A stretch of 64,000 nt of DNA from Cetorhinus maximus (GCF_964194155.1 NC_135889.1:101122001-101186000), one strand, 5' to 3'. Counted from the stretch's first letter, positions 39,400 to 53,024 are shown. Notes: a model not told the origin generated them from the letters alone. Made by a program: numbers and translations.

Positions 39400-40058
39400 G
39401 GGTGGAATCTTGTGGAGGTGACAGGGGTCTCAGCAGCTGGCTGGACAGCCAGCAGGAGGCCAGCGTTGGCTCTTCTTCAGGAAGGCGCTTGACTGGCTAG
39501 AGGTGACACTTCCCCAAGGATCAGGGACCCTGGGGCTGGAAGTCCTAGCCAGCATGAGCTGCCATCCAATCAGAGACTGACAACTCTTCTGAATGGCATC
39601 ACCGCCTGGGATGAGGTGGCTGCTGTCAGTATGACACCCACCCAAGGCCTAAAATTGTCACTGGATCCCAGGCCAGCGGTTAGTGATGGCAGGAGGGGGG
39701 TTGTGGGGAAGGGAACTGACAGCAGAAGTGTGGCTGTCAGTGCGTCAACCCCACTCAACCCGCCCACCCACCTCGCCTTCCTGATGCCGGGTCCATCAAT
39801 CTGGCACTGAGTGCCTTTGAACAAGGGATCCCCTCCCCGCCCTGGGATCATGACAAGGAACCCCAGTGACAGCAGGTTGAGGCCCTTAAGTGGGCATCAG
39901 TTGGCATCAGGGTGGGAAGACTATCCACACGCCTTCCCAGCATGAACTAATCAGGGTGAAAGCAGGAAGGTGGTGGGGTCCCCACCCGCCACCCTCTCAC
40001 TTGATTAAGTTCCCCCCAACACCAAACTCACCACAGGGCAGGGCACAAGATTCTACAC
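39400..40058. mobile_element. Harbinger-type MITE (family of 250-655)
   Basis: TIRs GGGTGGAATCTTG / CAAGATTCTACAC. Shares subterminal GATTAAGTTCCCCCCAACACCAAACTC with the 250-655 copy. Confidence 0.75.
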
Positions 40059-40234
40059 TTGCCAGTGCATGGTGTGGTACAAGTGACAAAAATCAGGAAC
40101 ACCTAGGTTCAAACTTTGGTTTGTATAAGTCAGTCAAGCTGATGCTGTGTCTTCCACAATTGGGCTCAATGTTCCAAGATCATAAGGCAACATATCTCCA
40201 GGGGTGCACACTCATGATGGTAGACCTTGACTTA

Positions 40235-40366
40235 GTGCCATAGTGTAAAATGGGTACTAGTGAGTTAGCAGACTGCTTTACATCTCATCCAATTTTTATA
40301 TTAATTATCTTCATGAGTTGCAAAACATGCTGATGAGTTGTTATTACCCATTCTGTACTATGGCAC
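40235..40366. repeat. Short hairpin (palindromic) element
   Basis: GTGCCATAGTGTAAAATGGGTA and TACCCATTCTGTACTATGGCAC form a 22-bp imperfect inverted repeat. Confidence 0.7.
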
Positions 40367-40709
40367 ATATTCTAGATCCACCCCATGACACCTAACAAGG
40401 CAGTACTGGCAGAATTGATGCACTCACAGTTAATTAGTCTGTTCACTGCTCAGGCTCACAATACAAATTATGACTATTTAGGGCAGGATCTGGTGGGTAA
40501 CAACATATGTAGAACTGGTGCCCAGCAAGAGTCAGTGACTCTTCCTGTCTAAAAGTCATGGCCCGCACAAACTTTTTTTGTTCCTGAAAGCTAATGGGGT
40601 AAAATAAAAGTAAACCACAATGTGTGGGCTTTTAAAGAAAAATGCTTTTTAAGTTGTTCATAATAACTGAAATGTGGTGTTTCTGTATAAAAGTATTGGT
40701 ACAAAATTC

Positions 40710-41415
40710 AGATCCAGAGAACCCTATGACTGCCCTTTGAGATCCAAAAGCGGCATCCCTGGCATGCCACACACATGTCTGTCACAAATAGTGCCAGGTG
40801 TCATGTTGGTGAGGATGTTAGCGTGTACATAATGAGCATCCACCAGAAATATGCAGAGCAGGGAGATCATGACATCAATCAGGGCATAATACTGATTTAA
40901 CATCAATGCTGCCATTTCGCAGCCCAGTGCTCCAGCTACCATTGCCTCTTTATCATGCATGACTGAACACAGATTCAGCAGCAAGACAGACCCACCCAAC
41001 CAGTGCTATTTAAAAGATCATCAACTACTTATAGGTTACTTGATGGCTGACTACTACTGGCGGTTGCTGCCAATGTATAAGTGTTTAGTGCTTTCTAGTG
41101 TCCTTTGAAGTTGATAGAATGTACAGGGAGTGCTGAGGCATGTGATAAAGTACTTAATCCTGACTTCAAGGATTCTGCACAAACCAGACAAAGAGTGCAA
41201 TAGTAGGCATTTCCCTTGGAACTGGCTGGGAGAATAAGCAGAGCAGACTCAGAGCAGGGCAAGTTGCTAGAAGAGGGAGGAGTAAGGGGGAAAGGGAGAA
41301 GGGCTGTCAGCAGAAGGCCATATCTGCCCAGGTTGTTCAGTGAGCAATTCTGCTACCTGAACCTCAATGAGGAACAATGTGTCCGATATTTGTGCTTCAG
41401 TAAAAATGTCCTCAG
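40710..41415 (+). mobile_element. Truncated Harbinger 5' fragment with transposase N-terminus
   Basis: RRAVSRRPYLPRLFSEQFCYLNLNEEQCVRYLCFSK aligns by eye with RRCHYPAAVVHRQKSSYLNMSEVQCHRKFRLSR at about 27530. Confidence 0.7.
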
Positions 41416-42502
41416 ATCAAACAACATCTCCCCACCTACTCCCAAACCTACTCGTTCCTGCAAGTTAAAATTCATCCTTATAATTTACTGGGAGCTGAAC
41501 AACATAAAAAAGTGCAATACCATCCCTGATATCAAATTGGCTTTTAGGGGAAATGAAAAGTTTAAAGAGAAATTCTTGCCATTGATTTTTAATATCAACA
41601 ACAATTTGGAATGTTTTTTGACTTTGACTCAATTTTAATTATTTACTGTTCAAAAAGTCTCTGATGATAACATATTGGTTTGGAGGGGTTACTTCACCTG
41701 ACTGTGTGAGGGAGCTGCATCATAATCAGTTGATGCAATTACTAAACCAGGCTACTTACCACATTTTATTACAGCTGTACATATTCATTCAACTTCCAGG
41801 CACAGTAATTCCTCTAAGCCAATATGTTTGAAGATGTCATTTGCACTCAATGCTAATAGAAAAACATCTGAAAATGAAATTAGCAAGAATGAGAATTGCA
41901 CAACAGAACTTCCTAACAGCTTGATTCTTCTCCTGGTTCTGATATTCTAGTCCGCTCTTTGCATCTGGTAGATGTGTCATATCATTAAAACTACTGCATT
42001 TTATTCTAATCAATCTTACGTTAACAGGAAGCAGAATGTAGTGAGTGAATCTGAGTTAAACATTCTGCAAAGTGATGCTTGCCAAGTATTGCAATCAAAT
42101 CTCACACTTAGTGCATGTGCTTCTTCCTGAATATTAGGCAAAGCACAGGGATGCCTCCCAGTGTTTCAATGAGCTGGAGAGAAATGGGTTCATGGTTGAA
42201 AGCCTATATTTCAACAGTTATACCTTGCTCTGTTAATGCACCGCTGCACCTCAGACCACAAACTTTAGGTGCCATGTAGAAATTTGTAAAGGGCATTACT
42301 TTTCGACTGCAATCTATTTTTGCTTTAAGTGGCAGTTTAACATTTAGAGATTTAAAATAATAATGCCATGCCAGGAAACAGAGACATGGCATTCTACTGT
42401 GAAAATTTGAGAATGTGTTTGGAAGTTATTATTATGGATCATTTTTACATGATAAATAACCCAGTTTGGGTAACAGTTTTGAAAGGCTAGATATCTACAT
42501 GA

Positions 42503-45500
42503 TTTTTTTTTAATTTGCTCATGAGATGGGAGCTTCCCTGGCAAGGCCAACATTTACTGTCCATCTCTAATTGCCTTCGAGAAGGTGGTGGTGAGCCACC
42601 CGGTACACCCACAGTCATGTTAGGAAGGGAGCTCCAGGATTTTGACCCAGCGACAATGAAGGAACGGATGATATAGTTCCAAATCAGGATGGTATGGGGC
42701 TTGGAGGGGAACTTGCAGGTGATGGTGTTCCCATGTGTCTGCTGCCGTTGTCCTTCTAGGTGGTAGAGGTGACAGGTTTAGAAGGTGCTGTTAAAGGAGC
42801 CTTGGCAAGTTGCTGCAATGCATCTTGCAGATGGTACATACCGCTGCCACTGTGCATCAGTGATGGCAGATTGGGTGCTGATCGAACAAGCTGCTTTGTC
42901 CTGAATGGTGTCAAGTTTCTTGAGTGTTGTTGGAGCTGCACTCATCCAGGCAAATGGAGAGTATTCCATCATCACACTCTTGACTTGTGCCTTGTAGATG
43001 GCGGACAGGCTTTGGAATGTCAGAAGATGAGTTTCTCACTGCAGAATTACCTGTCTCTGACCTACTCTTGTAGCCACAGTGTTTGTATGGCTGGTCCAGT
43101 TCAGTTTCTGGACAATGGTAGCCCCAGAATGTTAGTGGTGGGGTATTCAGCAATGGTAATGCCATCGAATGTCAAGGGATTATGCTTCAGATCGCTCTTG
43201 TTGGGAATGGTCGTAGTCTGGCACTTAAGTGGCAAATAACATGCATGCCACATATCAGCCCAAGCTTGAATGTCATCCAGGGCTTATTGCATATGCACAC
43301 AAAATGCTTCAGTATTTGAGGAGTTGCAAATGGCACTGACCACTGTGCAATCACCAGCTAACATCCCCACTCTGGCCTGGAGGGAAGGTCATTGATGAAG
43401 CAGCTGAAGATGGTTGGGCCTAGAACATTTCTCTGAGGGACTCCTACAGCAATGTCCTGGCACTGAGACGATTGGCTTCCAACAACCAGAACCATCTTCC
43501 TTGTTACTAAGTATGACTCCAACTATTGCAGGGTTTTTGCGCTGATTCCCATTTACTTCAATTTTGCGAGGGCTCCTTGATGGCACACTTAGTCAAATGC
43601 TGCCTTGACGTCAAGAACAGTCAGTCTCATCTCCCTGCCTAAGTTGGTGGTTGAAGCTGAAATGCTCAACTTATTTAGAAGGTACCTGGACCTGCGTCTG
43701 AAGTGCTGTAACCTGCAAGGCTACAGATCAGGTGCTGGAAAGTTGGGTTAAAATGAATGGCTAGCTTCTTTATTCTCTTTTTGTGGCTGGGGTAGACATG
43801 ATGGGCTGAATGGCCTCTTTCTGCACCATAACTTTTCTATGGTTCTATGGTTTTGGAATTCAGCTCCTTTTTCCATGTTTTGACCAAGGCTGTAATGAAC
43901 TCTGGAGCCTACAGGCCCTGGCAGAAACCAAAATGAGCATCGGGGTTTGCTGAGTAAGCACTACTTAATTACACTGTCAGGAACACCTTCCATCACTTGG
44001 CTAATGACTGAGAGTAGACTGATGGAGTGGTGATTAGCCAGATTGGATTTATAGGAAGATAGGAACATAGGAGCAGGAGTAGGTTATACAGACCCTCTAG
44101 CCTGCTCTTCCATTCAATTAGATCATGGCTAATTATCTACCTCAATGCCATTTTCCCACACTATCCCCAGATCCCTTGATATATTTAATATCTATAGGAA
44201 TTTGTCTTGCCTTTTATGGACAGGGCATACTGGGTAATGTTCCATATTGTGAGGTAGTTGCTGGTGTTGCAGCTATACTGGAAAAGCTTGGCTTAAAATG
44301 CAGCTAGTTCTGGAGCACAAGTCTTCAGTACTACAGCTGGGATGTTGTATGTTGTCAGGGCGCATTGGCTTTGCTGTATTTGATGCCTTCAGCAGTTTCT
44401 TGATATCAGGTGCAGTAAATCAAATTTGACTGAAAACTGGTACCTGTGTTGCTCAGGACCTTAGGAGGAGGCTGAAGTGAATCACCTACTGGACACTTCT
44501 GGCTGAAGTTGGGTGCAAATGCTTCAGCCTTGTCTTTAACAATGATGCACTGGGCTCCCCTATCATTTGGGATTCAGATATTTTTAGAACCTCCTCTTCC
44601 AGTTTGTTGTTTAATTGTCCATCACCATTCACAACTGGATATGGCAGGACTGCAAAGCTCTGATCGGATCAGCTGGTTGTGGGATCGCTTAGCTCTGTCC
44701 ATAGCATGCTGCTTCCACTATCTAACATGCATGTGGTCTTGTGTTGTAGCTTCAGCAGGTTGGCATCTCATTTTTTAGGTATACCTGGTGCTGCTCCTGG
44801 CAAACTCTCCTCCAAACCTCATTGAACCAGGGTTGATCTCCCAGCTTGATGTAAATGATAGAGTGAGGGATATGCCAGGTCATGAGGTTTTGGACTGTAA
44901 CTAAAAGTAATTCTCCAGCTGCTGATGATCCACAGCCTCTCATGGATGCCCAGTTTTGAATTGCTAAATCTTCTGAATCCATCACGTTTAGGGCACTGGT
45001 AGTGCCACACAACGCGATGGAGGGTGTCCTCAGTGTGAAGGCGGGACTTGACTTCCACAAGGATTGTGCGGTGGTCATGCCTACCAATACTGTCTTGGAC
45101 AAATGCACCCATGACAGGCTAGTGAGGAGAAAGTCAAGTAAGTTTTTCCCTCTTGCTGGTTCTCTGCTGCAGGCCCAGTCTGGCAGCTATGTCCTTCAGG
45201 ACTCAGCCAGTGAGGTCAGTAGTCATGCTATCGAGCCACTCTTGGTGATGGACATTGAACCCACTCCTATCCAGAACACATCTTGTGCTTTTGCCACCCT
45301 CAGAAATACTTCCAACTGATGTTCAACATGGGCGAGCACTGCTTCATCAACTGAAGGGAGGTGGGGGAGGGGGTGACTGTAGGTGGTAATCAGTAGGCTT
45401 CCTTGTCCATGTTTAACCTGTAGCAACAAAACTTCTTGGGGTCCGGAGTCAATGTTGAGGACTACCAGTGTCACTCCCTGCTGATTGTATTTCATTAGGC

Positions 45501-46078
45501 TGCTACCTCTGGTGGACCTGCCCTGCCAGGGAGACACGGCATATCCAGGAACCTTGATGGAGAATGGCATGAGTATGACAATGTCAGGCTATTGGTTGAC
45601 TAGTCTGTGGGACAACTCTCTCAACTTTGGCAAGACTGCAGATGTTAATGAGCAGGACTTTGCAGGATCAACTAGGCAATATATGCTTTTGTTGATTCTG
45701 GGTGGTCCAACCATTGTTATCCTTATCCAACTTTTCTATAATGGTTTTATACAACTAAGTGGCTTGCTAGGCCATTTTTAGAGGGCAATTAAGAGTCAAC
45801 GACATTGCTATGGGCCTGGAGTCATATGTAGGCCAGACCAGTAAGGATGGCAGATTTCCCTCCCAGAAGGACATTAGTGAACCAGATGGGATTTCATGAC
45901 CATTCAGTTTTTTCATGATCATCATTACTGAAAATAGCATTTTGTTCCAGGTTTATTTAACTAATTGAATTTAAATTCCTCCAGCTGCCGTGGTGGGAAT
46001 TGAACTCCTATCTCCAAAGTATTTATCCGCGCCTCTGGATTGCTAGCCCAATAGTATTACCACTTTGCTACCATTCCC
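42503..46078 (-). mobile_element. APE-RT non-LTR retrotransposon (CR1/L2-group, not CR1 proper) with a tRNA-derived 5' head; decayed, apparently full length
   Basis: EN motifs KLRELSHRLVNQ.PDIVIL, LLITTYS, DSIGRHDHRTILVE and GDQPWFNE. RT-like LDVKAAFD, GVPQ..VLGPTIFSCFINDLP and MEYSPFAWMSAAPTTLKKLDTIQDKAA. Small CR1 tails are nested at about 43635-43855 (+) and 44051-44195 (-). Confidence 0.85.
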
Positions 46079-47041
46079 TTAAATAATTGCTATCAGCGTA
46101 AAAATTAATAACAGTTTTTTTCCCAGGATTTTATTTGCTTGGGAAATAGAACACGTTTAACTGTAGTTTTGTAAATGTTTACATGTGATATAAACAGAAT
46201 GTACACTGGGGAACACAGTCTATGGAGTTTATTCCACTTGTGATTGAGAACTCCATAACCCATGACTGATTTCATTGTAAATTGTGAAACTTCTCTTCTC
46301 CCATGTGCATTAAAATATTTATCTCTTGATTCTGGGCTCATTAACTGGACTAACACCTGTTAGGTACAATATTTCCACCTTACTTCCAATCCACAGGTAG
46401 AATTATTTGCACAAGACTCATTAAAAAATAGCAGAGAAGCATGGAAGGTATCATTGTGTATCAGTTGACCCATTCTACCACTAACCATGAGTTTTATATC
46501 AATTTTTAAACATTAAACACTCTAATTTGTGGTATTTCAGTTATTTTCACACACACACACACACAATTTTGGCACAAATTGTAACATTTTCACATTCGTT
46601 TGCCTTCTTAAAGTGAAAATGCTGGTTATTTTTCATCCTCCATGCAGTGCCATTCTCTGGATTGCATTAATATGGAAGCTAATGGATGGTATCTGTGATT
46701 AAAACCACAACAATAAAGATTTGTGCATGTCCTTAGATGTATAAGGTGTGTTAATTTGAATTTAGTGTTGTCCTTATTTTAAAACATGTTGTCTTAATCC
46801 TTACATGACCAGCACACAGCCTCTGACAACTGCTTTGTGAGCAACCATGTTTTACACCAATATGGTGAGCACAACGTTGATCCTTGATGATGCAGGAGAG
46901 TTGCATTCATATTCTCTTGCATTCGGATGATCAATGCTCATCTGAATCCCTGTGGTTCGGTGTCATGGGCATGTCTAAGTTTTCTAGCCATCCGTTAGTA
47001 GGCATACCACTAATTTTTACTAATCTGAGGGGACAAGGGAG

Positions 47042-49412
47042 GGTCTCCTCTGCACTGGGGAGACAAAACACAAACTGGGTGACTCCTTTGTGGAACATCT
47101 CCATCCAGTTTGGAAGCCTTAACCCAAGCTTCCAGCCTGTCATTTTAATTATCAACCTTGTACTCACTCCAACTTTCCTGTTCTTGGCCTATTACAGTAT
47201 TCCAATGAAGCTCAACGTAAACTCAAAGAACAGGGTCTTATCATTCGACTGTGCACTTTATTATCTTCTGGTCTCAACACCAATTTCAACAATTTTAGAT
47301 CATAACCTGTGAATCTAGTTTCATGTTTCTTTACTGGTTTGTTCGTTTTTCTTCCATTTCTCTCTTGTTTCCTTTACAGGAAAGGAGACAACTGACAGCA
47401 GCTATTCTGCCATTCATACCTCCTCCAGATACATCCTTTATTTCTTTACTTGTCCCACTACCACTCACTTTGAACTTGCACCATAAAACCTTATGTCATT
47501 TAATCTCTCCTGCCCTCCATCCAATCACAGACCTTCCCTTATGATCTTCTCCACACTCTCCCCCTTTCACTTGTTCATAACCTAATGTATTTCTAACTTT
47601 TCCCAGTTCTGCTGAAAGGTCACAGACCGGAACCATTGACCTGGATCTTCATCCTCGAAGCGGGCAGTGGGAGTCAGGAAAATTCCCAGCTTGGCCTGCT
47701 TGCCTGCCTTGGGAGAAAGTGCCCTCAAGGACGGATTTTCACTTTAGGGGCGGAGTGGGGTGTGGGCTGGAGTCGGGCCAGCTGACCCAGGATAAAGTTT
47801 AGAAGCAGCCACAGGGGGCTTTTGGGTGCAGAGGTAGCCTGTTTAAAAGGCCCACCCAGGTGCTGTGGGTCTTTGTCCTGTTATAATAAAAAAGGAAAGG
47901 CCCTCTAGCCCTCACCGTTCATGCCCCCTCACCTGCTATACAATCGCCATGCTCCATTCATGCCACCTCATGCTCCCCACCCACTCCCCATGGCCCTCAT
48001 GCCCCCATGCTATGGTATCTCCCCCCATCCAACCTCTATGGCTCTTCATGTGTCCGATGCCAAGGTATGCTCCCCAAGAAACCCCTATGGTCCCTCATAC
48101 TTCTGATGCCAAGTTATGCCCCCAACTCCCTTTGGTCCCTCATACCCCAATGCCAAGTTGTGGTACTTCCATGCCCATCGACCCACTGTACACTGTATAG
48201 AATCAGTTAAACCTATAGTGACAATAGTATGCGTAAAAAAAGCTTTTTAAAAAGTCATTCATTCATAGCTCTGCACTGTTAAAAAAGCCCTTTACTGTAA
48301 TAAAAGTGCAATAAAAGTGTCAATCATCTTGACACTTTAAAGTTTCAGTAGCTGAAACTCCAAGCACTTAAAACCTCTTTATCTTGTATAAATAAATGTT
48401 GTGAAATTGACAGCATGGATCAGGGAGCTAAAGTTGTCAATCAAGCAATGTTTTCAAGCAATGGGCTCAGGTATTTTAGAACTTTTAAGGATGCCTAGGC
48501 TCTCAGCCAAGAATACATAATGAGGCTTGCCAGAGAGCCTAGAAATCCATTGGTCTGTTGAAACAACTGAGCCCCAGAGAAAACATTGCTTGATTGACAA
48601 CTCTGGCTCTCTAAGCTCTACTGTCAACTGGACAATGTTAATTTACATAAGATTAAGAGTGCTTGCAGTTTCAGCTATTGAAACTTGAAATGATCAAGAT
48701 GATTGACACTTTTATTGCCCTGAAATAAAAGATCTGGTTTTAACATAGTGGAAAGTTATGAAGGAATGGCTGTGCTTTTAAAGCTTTTTTCTTATATCCT
48801 GTTGTCACTATAGAATTCATTAATTCTGTACAGTGTATAATTGGTCAATGGGTATGGAAGTGAAATAGCATGAAGGGCCATGGGGGTGGATGGAGGGGAA
48901 TAGCTTGGCATAGGAGCCATGAGGAGCCATGTGCAGTGGGTGGAGGGACATAGCCTAGTCTGGTGACATGACAAGCACCTTTTTAAATTTTCCTTTCATC
49001 TCACCCTGCAGCCCCCCCCCCCACCCCCACCCCAGCCTGTGCCCCCTGGCAACCCCCTCACCCCTTCACGATACCTCTGAGTTTCCATGAACCACCATGC
49101 TTTAAAAAGCTGGCCCAACTCTATGAAAATTGTGGAGGAATAGGACATGTCTATCTCTGTAACGGAGTTGGCCAGGTTGGAAGTGCAAGATGCGGGCCTT
49201 TGGCTTGAGCCCGGCTGCACCCTTAAAAGGCCCCGATCAAAATCAAAAGCCTGGGAATGGGGTTGGGAATCCCAGAATCGGGTCCTGGTTGCCATTTTTA
49301 AAGAGCTCCTGAGCCATACCGACTGGCTGAAAATCCAGACCATTAACTCCGTTTCTCTCCTCACAGGTGCTGCCAGGCCTGCTGAGTATTTTCAGCATTC
49401 TCTGTTTTCATC
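47042..49412 (+). mobile_element. Penelope-like element remnant (GIY-YIG endonuclease C-terminus plus pLTR), split by the fold-back element
   Basis: GLLCTGETKHKLGDSFVEHL (YIG motif region) and VLGLLQYSNEAQRKLKEQGLIIRLCTLLSSGLNTNFNNF. The hammerhead CTGCTGA AAGGTC ACA GACC GGAACC ATT|AACT is interrupted at 47638. Confidence 0.8.
47638..49341. mobile_element. 1.7-kb non-coding fold-back DNA element (Harbinger-type ends)
   Basis: TIRs GACCTGGATCTTCA / TGAAAATCCAGACC, TSD ATT. Long internal inverted repeat centred near 48518. Confidence 0.85.
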
Positions 49413-49461
49413 TGAAGCAGGGGAAGGAATATGTCAATCATTTTTGACAAAAATTGTCTAA

Positions 49462-49592
49462 GGGCGGGATTTTCCGCACCCGCCCGTTGCCAGGATATCC
49501 CAGTTCCGCCGCAAGTCAATGGACTTCTGGCTGGGGGGGGCCGCCTTGCCCATGGAGGGTACCACCCATGACAAGGCCAGAAAATCACGTCT
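49462..49592. mobile_element. 131-bp mini-MITE
   Basis: GGGCGGGATTTTC / GAAAATCACGTCT with TSD TAA (Harbinger-typical). Confidence 0.7.
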
Positions 49593-51520
49593 TAAGATGG
49601 GCTTCATTTTGGCCTTAACTTTTGGCCGTATCTTGCAAGTATCCTCATTTTAATCGAACTTAGTTTTTCCTCTCTCCAAATGCTTATTTTTACCACTTCA
49701 TGTACTTGTCCGTTTCAATGAAAACATCACATCACTCAAATAACCAACCAAATGATATAACCCATATTGAAGCAATTACCCAAAAACCAGCAAATTTATC
49801 AATATAGGCATCAAATTAGATATCTAGGTCTGATAACAAAGAAGGGTAACTTTCCAGTCATGACAAGTGTTATAAAATGGAAGCAATATAATTTCCTTCC
49901 GGATAAAAAGTTAGAAACTATTACAGAGGATGATCCCTGATCACTAGCTGAACTGACGCAAAACGGAGGCACTAAGTTAACTTGAAAACACAAGAAAAAG
50001 GCAGACAGATCACACCACAGAAACAAGAAGAACAGCTGAGACCACCAAGATTCCAATTCCTGTGAACATGAAAGAAAATACACAGCAGAGGTACAAAGAA
50101 ATCAAAGAAAGAAAGATTCCAGAATTTCTTGGCAGCCATTGCAAAACAAAACAAAGGCAAAGGTGACATAATTATTCTGGAAGACCACATAGACAGTGAT
50201 AAAGGAATGAAGGTCAGTATAGAATGTAACCTCTCCTCACCCACACCCCACACACATAGAGTTGAACAACATGCAAGGAATATATTTCATAAAAATGAGA
50301 AGGGAATCTGGCTCCAAGTTTGAGCCCATAATATTCAGAAAGGTATTTGCCAGTATCAACAGATACCTAAAAAGATTTTGGTACATTCATCATTCAGCAA
50401 CATGCAAGTGGTGTGGCAGGGGGTGGAGGGGGTGCTGGGGGGTTGCGCGGTGAGGTTGCAGTGGAAGGTGAAGTTATGTTAAGCACAAACAGAAAGAACT
50501 TAACCAACTGGGAAAAGGTACCAAAGAAAATACAGCTGACAAAACTGTTTGATGACATTATAGGCACACGGCATGGTACATAACTGAGCCACACAGCCAG
50601 CAATCTATAAGCAAATCAGTGCAGCTCACAGCTTTGTTAAACTTTGAAATTATGAAAGTCGCTGAGCAACATAAACGAAATGTGGGGACAGATAGTAGCA
50701 TGAAAGACAAGCAACTTGAGACATGAATAACTACCAACCCAAGAGACGAAAGACAAATATAGGGACTAAATTTTGGAGAGGCTGGAAACTATAAGTATAC
50801 AAAGTGGAGAATCTAAACAGATATGTATCAGAAATGTATAAAAATGTACTGACTATACAGACAATGAAAACATTGCACAAAGGAATAAACACAGACATAT
50901 CCAAACAGAGACAATAATACCATAAAATAAAAGTCGTGAAGATTAACAAAATATGAAAAAAACTTAAAAACTAATGTGAAAAAAATGCCAATATAAATAC
51001 AGACAAAAAGTTGATAAATATTTAATTCAGAAATTCAATTACTGCAACATTTCACCAAACCAAATGGCAGTATCAACATTTACAGCATACTTACAAAAAC
51101 ATATATCAAACATTGTTATCTTCAATACCGAGAAGATAAAATCAATAACTGTAGAGAAAGATTAACGGTAATACTATTCACCAACATCTATACTAAAAGG
51201 ACATGAAGCTCAACTTCAATTACAAACATCTGACCCCTTGACTTGGTATTAACTTTGGAGCTTCGGTAGCACAAATAGGTGATGCAGATAGCTGAAAAAG
51301 CTGGTCAGCTAGACCGAATAGTCAAGAAAGTGCAATTCTACCTATCCTAATCAACAACGCCAGTCTTCTATGCTATCAATAACTACTCAAGACGGAAAAC
51401 ACGAAAGGCAGGGGAAAAAAAATCAGTTTTTTTTTCTTAAAATTAACATTAAAACTATGATATTAATAAAACAGAATAAAGCTGCCCAATTGCATGACTG
51501 ACTCCATTCTCTACAAAACT

Positions 51521-52230
51521 GGCTGAATTTTCACTTTCGAGGCAGATAGCTACAATTGGGAGATTTCCCAGCTTGGCACACCCACCTCAGGAGAAAGTGT
51601 CCACAAAGATGGGACTTTTGTTCTAGGGCACCCGGTGCTAACAGCCTGGCACCCCTGGAAAGAGCTCGGAGGCAGCCATAGGGGCTGCCAGGTGCTGAGG
51701 CAGGCTGTTTAAGAGGCCCACTTCAGTGCACTGGGGCATAGTCCTAGTTATAATAAAAACAGTAAGGCCCTCTAGCTCTCACCTCTTACACCCCCTCTTC
51801 CTCCACACATTCCCCATGCCTCATCTATACTACCTGATGCACTTCAGCCATCCCCCCATGGCTCCTCATACCCTTCATGCCAAGCTATGTGACTTCCATA
51901 TCCATTCACCCACTACACAATTTGTATAGAACCAATGAACCCTATAATGACAATAGGATGTGTTAGAAAAGAGCTTTAAACATTTTTTTTAAATCATAAA
52001 AAGTGCTTTTATTACAGCCCAATAAATGTGTCAATCATCCAGACCCCTTATCATATCGATAACACTTAAAACCTCTTTACCTTGAGTAAATAAACATTGC
52101 AAAATTGATGGAATTGATCAGACAGCCAAAATTGTCAATCAACCAATGTTTTCCTGGGAGCACAGCAGTTTCAACAGAGTAATGGATGCCTGGACTCTCA
52201 GCCAATCCTCATTATGCATTCTTGCCTGAG
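51521..52230 (+). mobile_element. Half copy of the fold-back element family
   Basis: Shares TTCCCAGCTTGGC, GGAGAAAGTG, AAGGCCCTCTAGC, GTGTCAATCATC, TTGTCAATCAA and CCTCATTATG with 47638-49341. Confidence 0.75.
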
Positions 52231-52344
52231 AATGTCAGTTCCATTTTCCAGGGGGGCTTGATGCACTGCCTGTATTGCCTACATTGCATTCTGCAAGGAT
52301 ATGAGCGTGGGCACATGCATCCCCTGCATGCAGTGTAAGAGTTT

Positions 52345-53024
52345 GAGTGGAATTTAACGCCTTCCCAATTGCGAGAATTGTGGCAGGGGGCTTTTAATCA
52401 TTCAGGAGGGTGGTGGGTCGGGAAGACACTGCCTTCTCATCACCCCGATTGGGTCTTTGGCCAGAAGGCCAATGGCTGGCCTTCCCAACCACTTAAGAGT
52501 CTTATCCCACCGGCACTGGTATGAAATCAGCATCAGGTGGGGGGGCTTGCCATTCAGCGAGCAGGACAAGCAAGCCCATGCAAGTTTGCTTGCAGGCTCC
52601 CATGTGAGTGTTCCTCATTCAAAGGAACTCAGTGTCTGATCGAGGGATTTGGCATTGGGAAGGGGGAGGTCACTGAGAACTACTACCCTGCCCTTGCTAC
52701 CAAATGCCCTCCTCACAAAGCCCCTCCCACCGTCACTCACCTGAGTCTGGGATCCAGCGATGATACCAGGCCTTGGGCAAGCACTGATAGCAGCCACTGC
52801 CTCCCTAGTGGTGCTGCTGTTCAATAGAGCTGCAGGCCTCTAATTGACCAGCAGCTCTCGGTGTGCACAGTTCCTGACCCTGGGGTCCTTGATCCCAGGG
52901 AAGGCCCGCCACGTCCTGAGTGGCATTTAATAGGGCAGGCCTTCTATAACAGAGATGTCACAGGGCTCTTGCCAGCTGTCTAAATGACAGGCGAGACCCT
53001 GATCAACCCTATTAAATATTGCCC
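52345..53024. mobile_element. Harbinger-type MITE (family of 250-655, opposite orientation)
   Basis: GAGTGGAATTTAA / TTAAATATTGCCC. Internal sequence is the reverse complement of motifs in 39400-40058. Confidence 0.7.
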
